Origin: Malacoraja senta
Lineage: Eukaryota
NCBI GenBank assembly: GCA_038087875.1
Contig: JAXLNO010001166.1
Location: 496,001 to 560,000, forward strand
Direction of reading: 5' to 3'
Length of the DNA: 64,000 nt
The notes below the pieces were generated by a model. It was not told where the DNA came from. It was given only the letters and a program-made list of their open reading frames with translations, and did not search any database. Every line of letters begins with the position of its first letter. Within the stretch, counting starts at the first letter, position 1. Shown piece after piece: positions 11,660 to 21,833 of this stretch. Made by a program: the position numbers and the translations under genes.

Positions 11660-14110
11660 TGCTATGGCGGTCATGGGAGATTTCAATATGCAGGAAAATC
11701 AGGTTGGTACTGGATTTGTAGAGTGTCTCCGAGATGGATTGTTAGAGCAGCTTGGAGTTGAGCCAACCTGGGAAAAGGCAATTCTGGATTTAGTGTTATG
11801 TTATGAACCGGATTTGATAAAGGAACTCAAGATAAAGGAACCATTAGGAGGTAGCGACCACAACATGATGAGGTTTAATCTGGAATTAGTGAGGGAAAAG
11901 GTGAAATCGGATGTGTTTGTATTGCAGCTGACCAAAGGGGACTACAGAGGCATGAGCGAGGAGCTGGCCAAAGGAGGCTGGAAATGTACACCAGCAGGGA
12001 TGACGGTGGAACAGCAATGGCAGGAATTTCTGGGAATAAGCCAGAAGGTGCAGCATATTTTCATTCCTAAGGGGAAGAAAGATTCTAAGGGGAGAAAGAG
12101 GCGAGCGTGGCTCACAAGGTAAGTCAGGGACAGTATAAAACTAAAAGAGAAAGCACATAACATTGCGAAGATTAGTGGGTAGCCAAAGGATTGGGAAGCT
12201 TTCAAAGAATAATAGAAGATATCGAAACGGGCAATACGGGGAGAAAAGATGAAATATGAAGGTAAGCTAGCAAATAATAGAAATGGGGATAGCAGCAGTG
12301 ACTTCAGTTATATAAAAAGTAAGAAAGAGGCAAGAGTGGAAGTTGGGTTGCTGGAGAATGATGCAGGAGAATTGATAATGGGGAATAAAGAAATGGCAGA
12401 GGAATTGAATCTTTTTTTTTTGCACCAGTCTTCACAGCGGAAAACACCAGCAATGTGCCTGAAATTCTAGAGAGTCAGGGGTGGAACTTAGTGGAGTGGT
12501 TATTACTAGGAAGAAAGTACTTGGGAAGCTGAAATGGCTGAAGGTGGATATCTTACCTGCACCAGATGGACAGCACCCTAGGTTTCATAAAGAGGTGGCT
12601 TTAGAGAATGTGCATGCATTGACAGTGATATTTTAAGAATCACTAGAGACATGAGAGGTCCCAGATGATTGGAAAATGTCCAATATTACCCCGCTGCACA
12701 TGAAGGGAGCAAAGCACAATAGAAGGAACAAAAGGTCGGTTAGTCTGATTTCGGTGCTTGGTTAGATTTTAGAATCCATTATAAATGTTGAGGTTGCGAA
12801 GTACTTCGAAATTCACGATAAAATAGGTCGAAGTCAGCATGGCTTTGTGAAGAGGAGGTCTTGCTTCACAAATTTGCTGGAATTATTTGAAGATGTAAGT
12901 AGCAGGACGGCAAAGAGAGTCAGTAGATGGTGTTTACTTAGATTTTCAGAAAGCCATTGATAAGGTGCCACACGTGAGGCTGTTAAGCGAGATGAAAGCT
13001 CACGGTATCAAAGGACAAATACTAGCATGGATTGACTGGATGACAGAAGACAAAGAGTGGCAATAAAGGCGGCTTTTTCTGGTTGGCTACCAGTGACTAG
13101 CGGAGTTCCGCGGGAGTCGGTGCAAGGTCCACTACTCTTCATGTTGTATATTAATGATTTAGACGAGGAGATTGAAGGCTTTGTGGCCACGTTTCGCGGA
13201 TGATATGAAAATAGGTGGAAGGGCAGGTCGTGTTGAGAAAGCAGGGACTACAGAAAGACTTGGACAGGTTGCGAGAGTCGGCAGAGAAGTAGCAGATGGC
13301 AAAATGTGTAGCAAAGTGTCGCTTCGTGCTTTTTGGTAGTAGGAATAAACACATAGACTATTGTCTGAAAGGGGGGAGATTTCAAAAATCGGAGGTGCAA
13401 AGGGACAAGGGAGTGCTGGTGCAGGATTCCCAAAAGACTCGAATCGGTAGTAAAGAAAGCATGTTCAATGCTAGCATTTATTTCAAAAGGAGTTTTGTAT
13501 GCACAAACAGAGATGTCATGCTGAGGCTCTATAAGGCACTGATGAGGTCGCATTTGGAATATTGTGAGCAATTTTGGGCACCATATTTGAGGAAGGATAT
13601 GCCGGCTCAGGAGCGGGTCCAGAGGAGGTTTATAAGAATGATCCCAGGAATGAGAAGGTTAACCAATGAGGAGCGTTTCTCGGCACTGGGCCTGTACTCG
13701 CTGGAGTTTAGAAGAATGAGGGGGACCTCATTGGAACATACATAATAGTGAAAGGCTTGAATATAGTGGGATGTAGAGAGGATGTTTCCACGAGTGGGAG
13801 ACTTCGGGACTAGAGGTTATAGCCTCGGAATTAAAGGACGTTCTTTTAGGAAGATGATGAGAAATGTATTTTGTCAGAGGGTGGTAAATCTGTGGAATCT
13901 GTGCCACAGAAGGCTGGAGAGGCCGTCAGTGGATATTTTTAAGGCAGGGATATATAGATATTTGATTAGTACACGTGGCAAAGGTTATGGGGAGAAGGCA
14001 GGCGAATGGGGTAGGAGGGAGAGATAGATCACCCATAATTGAATGGCGGAGTGGATTGATGGGCCGACTGGACCAATTCTACTTCAATCATCCATAACCT
14101 TATGACTTTA
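11660..14110 (+). mobile_element. CR1 LINE ORF2 remnant (end of endonuclease, RT, 3' tail), many stops and frameshifts
   Basis: MGDFN, EPT..KAILDLVLC, EPLGGSDHNM, 'agtcagcatggctttgtgaag' (QHGF), HLEYCEQFWAPYLRKD, LGLYSLEFRRMRG. Confidence 0.9.
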
Positions 14111-14541
14111 TGAATAAGAACAGCGTTTACCATGTGGTCACTTGTAGCTGACACGTTTTCAATTGTCATGTCTGAATTTTATTCTAGTTTTCTGCACTAA
14201 CCTAATTTTCCTTAATAAATACCGATCGCCAATATGTGTATATCCGTTTTGCCTGCATATCATCGTTCCAGTGCTGGAGCGATTTGATGAGAAAAACATC
14301 GCAACATCTTATAAAACATTCTCATAGAGGTAATCACATTTCTTCTTCGTGCATACTTGAAACGTATTTTACAATGAAACTTCAAAGCTATCAAAGACAC
14401 AAGCTGGAGTAACTCAGCGAGTTAGGCAACATCTAACCCGCGGAATAACACCAGCTTTTTGTGTCTATCTTCGGTTTAAGCAACTGCAGTTCCTTCCTGC
14501 TCTTCAAATCTATCATTCCAGGATTTCAATCTTTCTGATCG

Positions 14542-14741
14542 NNNNNNNNNNNNNNNNNNNNNNNNNNNNNNNNNNNNNNNNNNNNNNNNNNNNNNNNNNN
14601 NNNNNNNNNNNNNNNNNNNNNNNNNNNNNNNNNNNNNNNNNNNNNNNNNNNNNNNNNNNNNNNNNNNNNNNNNNNNNNNNNNNNNNNNNNNNNNNNNNNN
14701 NNNNNNNNNNNNNNNNNNNNNNNNNNNNNNNNNNNNNNNNN
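14542..14741. other. Assembly gap (N run)
   Basis: 200 N characters; probably hides the left end of the DNA transposon. Confidence 1.
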
Positions 14742-17700
14742 AACTTTATCATTTCTACCTTTTTTTCTAAAGCTGCAAATAATAACTTGTTTCTGTTAAT
14801 GATGTTCAGTGTTTTTTTTTAAATTTACATTGTAAATAGATGTCTCCAAAGAAGAAATGCAAAATTGTCAATCCAAAAGCCCAGGCAGGCATAGCTAGAG
14901 TTCAACTTGAAGAGAAGTTCTCTGTCATGCCTGAGTCTAAGAGGGATCTTAAAAATGGACACATCTTGTGCTTGTATACCTCGTTTGGAAAAAGTCTGCC
15001 TGAAACAGAGAAATCGCTGAGTTCACATTTCTCTTTGTCGGATGCAGAAGGCTATTCATTTGTTACTGTTAAGTTAAAAGTGAAGACTCTCGTTAACCGG
15101 ACTTTGCTTAAGTTTAAAAAACTCACCAATCCCAAGGAACTTGGAGTATTTATGGAAATTTGTGATGAAACTTTTAAACTTCCGGAAGGCAGTCAACACA
15201 TTTCTTTAGATGACATTCCACTGCCTGGTGCTCAAGATCCTGAATCCTTGACATCTGCCGAAAGCCAAGTGCCCATATTTCAAGACACTGAGGACATGGG
15301 CGATGACAGTCATAGTCTGCATCCTCCACTGAATCTAGCAATGCCAACGACACCTGCTGCCTCACCTGAACCAATGCCATCGACATCTAGTGTTTCAAAA
15401 AGATGTACCAGAGAATTTCTAAGTCTTTCACCAGGGAAACAAAAATTGACGAAAAGACTAAAGTATATGTACGAATCCAGGGCTGCTCTTTCAACAAAGT
15501 ATCACACAAAGATCAGTGAACTTAGGGCACGGTTGAAAACTCCCAAACGTATAGTTAATCAAGCCTTAAAGAGAAAGCAAAACCAAATAGATTTAAAGGA
15601 CAGAAAGATTCAGGAACTCAAAACCAAATTACGTGATAATACTTCTGCACGAGTGCTTGCTAACACCAAGGCAGAGTTTTTGAAACTTAAAAAAGCACAC
15701 AGACAATTGCTGATGTTTCGTGGCAGTACGAAAAGGAGGAAAACTGTTTCAATTCACCAGTACAGAAAAGTTCATGAAAATTTAAAGGACAGGGAAGAGG
15801 ATGTGAGACGCCTCGAATTTGACAATCTTGTCCTCAAAGAAACAATCGAAAATCTGCAGGCTGCCAGTATTGTCAAGGCAAAGGTGGGCCAGAAAACCTA
15901 CTCCTCAACAATAAGGATGCATGTGTTTGACAGTATTGTAAACAAAACTCCCACAGCAAACATTCCAATCCTGATAAGCCAGTTCTACAAGCGGAGTGGA
16001 CTTCATCTGGATTATGTTCCTCGACGCAGTGCAGTTGAAGTTATGGCCCGAGAATTGGGAGCTATTGCTGAGTTGCAAACAGCAGAGATGCTCCTTGCAA
16101 CAAGCGGTTTGACTGTTGGGTTTGATGCAACCACCCAGGAAGAGACCCACATTAACAGTGTTCATTTCACCACCACAAACAACTGTCTCTCTGCAGCAGT
16201 TGATGAATTGGCTGGTGGGACTGCTGAGGACTATGCACAACATATTTGCGAAACAATTGACAATTTGTGTAAAACTTACATTTATTTTAATGAGCAAACA
16301 AATTTTCAAGATACAAGACAAAAGATAATCGACAACATTTCAAACACAATGAGTGACAGGTGTGCAGCTAATCATGCTGCTATTAGAATTGTGAGTAGTG
16401 AGTGGGGTAAATATTTGAACGAGCTCTACTGCCACTTGCATCCTCTTGACTCCATTGCTACATCAGTTCGCTCAGCCCTAAAAATGCAGAAACAATCCGG
16501 AGGACAATTCTTATTTGGGAAAGACTGTCTAGCAGTAAATGCCATACTGCAGATGAGCAAACTTAGATACAAAAACGGAAAAGGGGACCCAAAAGGATTT
16601 GTCGCATTTTTAGATGACAGGAACATCCCCCGAGGTGTCCTCCCACGGTACCGTGGCAACAGATTGCACATACTGTTTCATATTAGTGGCAAGCTGATAG
16701 AATATTATGATGACTTTGTTGCACTGCTGAATAGCGGAACATCCTGTGGGGGGTTGAAAAGCGCCATCCTCCATGACTTCACCCAGGCTGAAGCAAAAGT
16801 AGAACTTCAGATATTGGGCTTACTTGGCAAATATCTGACTGGGCCTTGGATGAAACGCTTCTACACTTCAAGCCAGAATCAGATCAACCATGTTGATGGC
16901 ATCAAAGTGGTTAAAGGGGTGATTGCTGCTCTAAAGGAAGCCACAGAAAATCCAGAGAACATCATATTGGCAAGGGAAGATTTCTTCGGTGAGGAGGTAC
17001 ATCTTGACGCCACATTGAAAAAACTTTGGGAGCTACCAATACATCCACAGTTCAGTTCAAAGATGAGGAGCTGTCTTCAAGCTGTCATCACTGTGTTGGA
17101 GAGGCAATATAGTAAATACTTTGAACTTGATGTTACTGAGAAACTGAAGGAGGAGACTGCATCAGCAAGATCACACAACATTGATGCGGAGGAGATAATG
17201 GGGATGTTTAGCTCATCGAAACAGAAATCTCCCAATGCCACCATGTGTTATTTGTCATGTAGGATGCGGGCCTGCAAGAATAGAACAGTCAATTACCTTG
17301 ATAATCTCGAGGAGCATCGTAGGGAGGAGGTGCTCTGTAAGGCAATGAAATTGGGGAGAGTGCAGAGGAACAGACGGAAGAAAAAACAGAAGGAATTGAG
17401 AGCAGAAATCATCAAGCGACAGAAAGGCAAGGAGCATGCTCGGGACACGAAAGAGAGGAAAAAAATAGAAAAAAAATTGAAAGAGACTGATTTAAACAGC
17501 ATTCGCAGAGATTATCCAAATTTGGACTACTCCAAATGTGATGATCTACAGGACATACTTAATGGGAAAGTAGTGGGCAGAAAGGCATGTCATGTGTGGT
17601 TTGAAGAGCAAAAACCTGTAGTTTACAATGCCAAAATTGAAAAGTTGAGGAAAAACAAGGTGTACAGAGTTGCTTATTGGTTGCAATCTGACGAGTATGA

Positions 17701-18289
17701 TGATGCTACTGATTTTGATATGCCAATGTACCAGCTAGCAGCTGATCTTCTCCTTAAAGATTTGGTCTTTTGCTAGAAATTGTAAATTAATTACCTATCT
17801 GTTACGGACTTACAGCATATAATACAATAATATTAAAGTTCTGATCTTGAGAATATCACATTTTTGAATTTTCAAAGCAGTCTGGGTGTTTATTACTATT
17901 TCCGTCACATCGGTCAATTTTGTAATTAGCTACAATTAAGTAACTAACTAATTATATGCTGCAATTTCAGGTCATCCAAGTAAGATTATTTTATATTTGT
18001 TTCAGAATGCTTCAATCTATAATAACTGAAAATTTCATTCAGTTCTCTTAATTTTTAAGAAAGTTATGGGCTTTTGACTGTCCTCGATCACAGCTTTTGA
18101 GACAAGTCAATGGAAAGGCAATAGGGAACAAGATGCTAATTTCCGAGTATGAAAATGGCCATAACTTTTTTAATACTGAAGATATCAAAGTGAATTAGGT
18201 GTCAAATTAAACTTCTTGTAATGCTTTATCTGATGGGATAAATTACAGACTTGATTTTTAAAATCTCAAAATTTTGTAACATTGCTACT
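14742..18289 (+). mobile_element. DNA transposon containing the 978-aa ORF; right terminus ...GTAACATTGCTACT
   Basis: About 510 bp AT-rich 3' arm with internal inverted motifs (aaagttatgg ~18060 / ccataacttt ~18159), ending in ACATTGCTACT at 18279-18289. An AG...CT terminus fits Kolobok-type RR...YY ends. The left end is not visible next to the ORF. Confidence 0.6.
14840..17776 (+). CDS. Intact 978-aa DDE transposase-like protein (Kolobok-like or another CxxH-insertion family)
   Basis: Uninterrupted 2937-bp ORF. Basic coiled-coil N-terminal half. Candidate catalytic residues D429 (VGFDATT), D506 (MSDRCAAN), C531xxH534 (CHLH) and E784/785 (SHNIDAEEIMG). Lys/Arg-rich tail and a Tudor-like-looking C-terminus (VVGRKACHVW..YNAKI..VYRVAYW). 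Superfamily assignment is inference. Confidence 0.75.
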   Translation: MSPKKKCKIVNPKAQAGIARVQLEEKFSVMPESKRDLKNGHILCLYTSFGKSLPETEKSLSSHFSLSDAEGYSFVTVKLKVKTLVNRTLLKFKKLTNPKELGVFMEICDETFKLPEGSQHISLDDIPLPGAQDPESLTSAESQVPIFQDTEDMGDDSHSLHPPLNLAMPTTPAASPEPMPSTSSVSKRCTREFLSLSPGKQKLTKRLKYMYESRAALSTKYHTKISELRARLKTPKRIVNQALKRKQNQIDLKDRKIQELKTKLRDNTSARVLANTKAEFLKLKKAHRQLLMFRGSTKRRKTVSIHQYRKVHENLKDREEDVRRLEFDNLVLKETIENLQAASIVKAKVGQKTYSSTIRMHVFDSIVNKTPTANIPILISQFYKRSGLHLDYVPRRSAVEVMARELGAIAELQTAEMLLATSGLTVGFDATTQEETHINSVHFTTTNNCLSAAVDELAGGTAEDYAQHICETIDNLCKTYIYFNEQTNFQDTRQKIIDNISNTMSDRCAANHAAIRIVSSEWGKYLNELYCHLHPLDSIATSVRSALKMQKQSGGQFLFGKDCLAVNAILQMSKLRYKNGKGDPKGFVAFLDDRNIPRGVLPRYRGNRLHILFHISGKLIEYYDDFVALLNSGTSCGGLKSAILHDFTQAEAKVELQILGLLGKYLTGPWMKRFYTSSQNQINHVDGIKVVKGVIAALKEATENPENIILAREDFFGEEVHLDATLKKLWELPIHPQFSSKMRSCLQAVITVLERQYSKYFELDVTEKLKEETASARSHNIDAEEIMGMFSSSKQKSPNATMCYLSCRMRACKNRTVNYLDNLEEHRREEVLCKAMKLGRVQRNRRKKKQKELRAEIIKRQKGKEHARDTKERKKIEKKLKETDLNSIRRDYPNLDYSKCDDLQDILNGKVVGRKACHVWFEEQKPVVYNAKIEKLRKNKVYRVAYWLQSDEYDDATDFDMPMYQLAADLLLKDLVFC

Positions 18290-18290
18290 T

Positions 18291-18598
18291 GTATCCATTT
18301 CTGCAGCCACTTCAAAAACTTCAGAGGTAACTTGACCTTCAGACTTCTTCTGGTTTCTCAGCAGCTTTTTCACTGATCTCTGAGGGCTCTTGGCTGGAGA
18401 CAGTTTACTCATTTAAAAGGCTTTAAACCACCGTTTAAAACATCGCGCTTACTGATGACGTCATCAGCCCGGCGACCAGCAGCTCCGGTAAGGTTTTTAA
18501 ATCCAGTCCTGATTTATGGACCCGTTTTACACGATAAATCGTGAAATTTTTCGGGAGCGGAGCTAGGTGCACGTCTGTTAGTCCAACATGGCGCCTCA
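18291..18598 (-). mobile_element. Probable L1 5' UTR and ORF1 start fragment
   Basis: Reverse complement begins 'ggcgccatgttggactaacagacgtgcacctagctcc' (CpG-rich, L1-like head). An ATG at 18412 opens MSKLSPAKSPQRSVKKLLRNQKKSEG..., cut at the transposon end. Confidence 0.45.
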
Positions 18599-19783
18599 GT
18601 TTCTAGATTTATGAATGGAATTTTTAATTCCAATCCTCCCAGGCCCAGGTATTCGGTAATCTGGAATGTAAGCGAAGTTCTTATGCTCCGTTGTCAGTAG
18701 ACTCCTGTCACAGCCCTGTCTTTGGCCAAGGTCACCATGAAGGTAGTCGTGCTTATGGCGTTGGTTTCAGCCCAAAGTGTGCAGACATTACAGAAGCTGC
18801 GACTAGACAGGATGGAAGTGTCAGCTGATGCCGTCAGTTTTTACATCTATGATTTGCTCAAGCAGAGTAGACTAGGGGCGACAGGGTGTAAGATTACTTT
18901 TTCGGCATACCCCACGGATTCCCGCCTGTGTGTGGTGTCATGTTTGTTATATTACATCGAGGCTACCAGAACCCTAAGAGGTGCAGAATCAGCATTGTTT
19001 ATTAGCCACAAAAAAATGCATAGAAAGTTGTCAGTTCAGACTATTTCAAGGTGGCTAAAGCAGGTTCTGGTTTATGCTGGGATTGACACTGACAATTTTA
19101 AATCTCATTCCACCAGGGCGGCATCAACTTCAGCGGCCAGGGTAATGGACGTCCCTAGAGACCATATTCTCGCGGCCACAGGATGGTCCAATGAATTGAT
19201 GTTCCAAAAGTTTTATCATAAACCAATTGCCAAACCGGGGGTATTTGCCCATTAAGTTTTGAGTTCAGTTTTATAGTTTCCCCCTGGGATAGAAGGGATT
19301 GCTATTGTTTCTTTACAAAATAAACCGTTAATGCGTTTAAAGCAATGTTATGGTTTGATGCATTATTGATTATTTACTCATTCTGAGTCAATCGATGCAG
19401 TGAGACGCCTGGATTTGAATCTGCGGCATGAAATCACAGAGCTTTGAAATCTTCACGTAGTCACTCACGTGACTCCGAAGTAAAATAGTAAGATTAAACG
19501 AGAACTTACCAGTTTGAAGTTTGATCTTTATTTTATGAGGAATTACGATGAGGGATTACGTGCCCTCCGCTCCCAACCCTCATAAAGGTCATCTGGTAGT
19601 TCTAGTCTTCTCTAATCTTACTATTATACTTCAATTACTATTACCTGTGATTTCACACTGCTGCTTTGAAGATTGACGCGCATGCGGATGGACGGGGTCT
19701 TCTTCACGTAATCCCTCATCGTAACTCCTCATAAAATAAAGATCAAACTTCAAACTGGTAAGTTCTCGTTTAATCTTACTATT
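18598..19783 (+). mobile_element. DIRS1-like tyrosine-recombinase retrotransposon, 3' fragment (YR pseudogene + ICR/right ITR)
   Basis: SRFMNGIFNSNPPRPRYSVIWNV then an in-frame TAG. YR motifs FKSHSTRAAS (HxxR) and GWSNELMFQKFY. The first catalytic Arg position reads SAQSVQ. A 79-bp inverted repeat lies at 19484-19562 / 19705-19783. Confidence 0.88.
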
Positions 19784-19789
19784 ACTCCT

Positions 19790-19999
19790 TAGGATGGTGA
19801 CATCCAATTTCCAACAGTTCTCTATTTTAAGAACTTCTTCCTCCCATTCCCTCTTGGAATATTTAGTGTTATTATTCAGCAGAGATTCATGAACAAATAG
19901 AAGCAATCATGTCTACAGTATCAATCCCAATGGTGAGTTATACTCCTCCATTGGGCCCTGCATTCCCCTTTCATCTGCGCTGTCAGTTAAAGTCTGGAG
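19790..19999 (-). pseudogene. Possible decayed MHC class I alpha2-like exon
   Basis: Acceptor 'ctccttatcatag' at 20000-20001. Across frameshifts it reads LQTLT..QMKGEC..PNGGV..IGIDTVDMI..FVHESL..TKYSKREWEEE..WK, loosely paralleling alpha2 motifs. Highly degenerate. Confidence 0.3.
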
Positions 20000-20349
20000 C
20001 TATGATAAGGAGCGTTAGTGATATTAAAACGAAATGTTTTGTTGTTTTGCCAGAAATGCAAAATGAAGAGAGAAAAGGCTGTAAACTTTGTGCAAGATAA
20101 AACTGCAGATGCTGGTTTACACCGAAGATGTTGGCGTAACTCAGTGGGTCAGATAGCATCTCTGGGCATTCCTTCTCTCCAGAGGTGCTGCCTGACCTGC
20201 TGAGTTATTCCAGCATTTTGGGTCTAGGCTGGAAAATTAGTTCAGCCAGAGAAAAAACTCTGATTGGGAAAGTGGTGAGTTGCAGTGATCTTACAATTGA
20301 AGGCTTTTGTTCATGTCTTCACTGATTCTGACGCTTCTTACACTTGCAG

Positions 20350-20622
20350 AAACCTCTGAGGTGTTTATTGGGATTAAACGTGATGGGTCACAATCACTGA
20401 GACTCTCCTGCCTTGTCACAGGCTTCTAGCCACGGGCCATCGATGTAACGTGGCTGAGAGATGGTGAGGGGGTCCACGAGTCTGAATCCAGTGATCTGTT
20501 GCCCAATTGGGATGGGACTTACCAGCTGAAGAATACAATTCAACTGAATAGAGAAGATGTGGCAAAATTCTCCTGTTACATCGAACATGCAACTCTGCTG
20601 CAGGGAGTCAATGTTCCACAGG
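20350..20622 (+). pseudogene. MHC class I alpha3 (Ig C1-set) exon with a premature stop
   Basis: Acceptor cttgcag at 20349, donor gtaagt at 20623, 273 nt, phase 1/1. Reads TSEVFIGIKRDGSQSLRLSCLVTGF*PRAIDVTWLRDGEGVHESESSDLLPNWDGTYQLKNTIQLNREDVAKFSCYIEHATLLQGVNVPQ. Both Cys, W and LLPNxDGTYQ are present. TAG at 20427-20429 replaces the Y of GFYP. Absent from the ORF track. Confidence 0.88.
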
Positions 20623-20719
20623 GTAAGTGGCAAGTCAATGAGGCTGATCACTTGAGACCATAAACCTCCTGGACTGAGATAACAGCCTCAACACACTCTT
20701 AACTCAACTCTGGATTTAG

Positions 20720-21370
20720 ATTTTAAACTTTAGAGATATGGTGCAGATACAGGCCCCTCAGCTCACTGAGTCCTCACTGAACAGTGATCATCCCGTACAT
20801 TTACACTAACCAACACACTGGGGACAATTTACAATTTTACCTAAGCCAAGTAACCTACAAGCCTGTATGTCTTTGTAGTGTGGGAGGAAACCGAAGCACC
20901 CGGAGAAAACCCACGCAGTCACAGGGAGAACGTACAATGTCCTTGCAGACAGCACCCGTAGTCAGGATCTAACCCAGGTCTCTGGTGCAGTAAGGCAGCA
21001 GCTCTACCGCTACGCCACTGTGCCACCCATTATTAATTTGTGGTTATCTAATTGCCCAGAATTATTGATAGTCAATGGAATGTGGTTTTAGTTTAAGAGA
21101 TACAGCGCAGAAACAGGCCCTTCAGCCCACAGAGTCTGCGTCAACCAGCGATCCCTGCACACTTACATTATCTTACTTATTAGGGGACAATTTACAATTA
21201 TACCAAGCCAATTAACCTACAAACCTGTATGTCTTTGGACTGAGGGAGGAAACCGGAGATCCAGGCAAAACCCACACAGGTCCGGGGGAGAAGGTACAAA
21301 ACTCTGTACAGACGGGACCCGTAGTCAGAATTGAACCGGGTCTCTGGTGCTGTAAGGCAGCAGTTCCACC
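20720..21370 (-). mobile_element. Two tRNA-derived SINE copies (~20720-21030 and ~21090-21370)
   Basis: Both show 'aattaacctacaa(a)cctgta..tctttg', 'ggaggaaaccg' and 'cccgtagtcag' on +. Confidence 0.75.
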
Positions 21371-21379
21371 GAGTGGGCA

Positions 21380-21830
21380 AAGCAGAGCCAAATGGAATAC
21401 AGTGTAGCAAGTGTCTGGTTTTACATTTTGGCAGTCGGAATAAAGACATAGACTATTTTCTAAATGGGGAGAGAATTCAGAAATCTGAGCTCCAAAGTGG
21501 GAGTACTAGTGCAGGATTCCCAAATAGTTAATTTGCAGATTGAGTCGGTGGTAAGTGAGGCAAATGCAATGCCAGCATTCATTTCGGGGGGCCTAGGATA
21601 TAAAAACAATGATATAATGCTGAGGATTTATCAGGCACTGGTGAGGACACATTTGGAATATTGTGAGCCATTTTGGGCTCCATATTGGAAAGGATGTGCT
21701 GGCTTTGGAGAGGGTCCAGAGGAAGTATGTCCTGGGGATGATTGATTTAACGTATGAGGAATGTTTGATGTCTCTGTGCCTGTGCTCGTGGGATTTAGAA
21801 GGATGAGGGGGTAATCTCATTGAAACCTAC
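21380..21830 (+). mobile_element. CR1 RT C-terminal fragment
   Basis: HFGSRNKDIDYFLNGE, ALVRTHLEYCEPFWAPY. Confidence 0.8.
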
Positions 21831-21833
21831 CAG

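Noticed and set aside
17780-18289. Transposon 3' arm as a KolobokP-style long terminal direct repeat
   Set aside because: No TIR-like start is visible at its left edge, no second copy appears in the window, and no His-Me nuclease ORF was seen. The gap prevents full exclusion.
20054-20100. Possible terminal exon (acceptor ttttgccag, reading EMQNEERKGCKLCAR*)
   Set aside because: It lies upstream of the alpha3 exon on the same strand, is short, and has no homology support.
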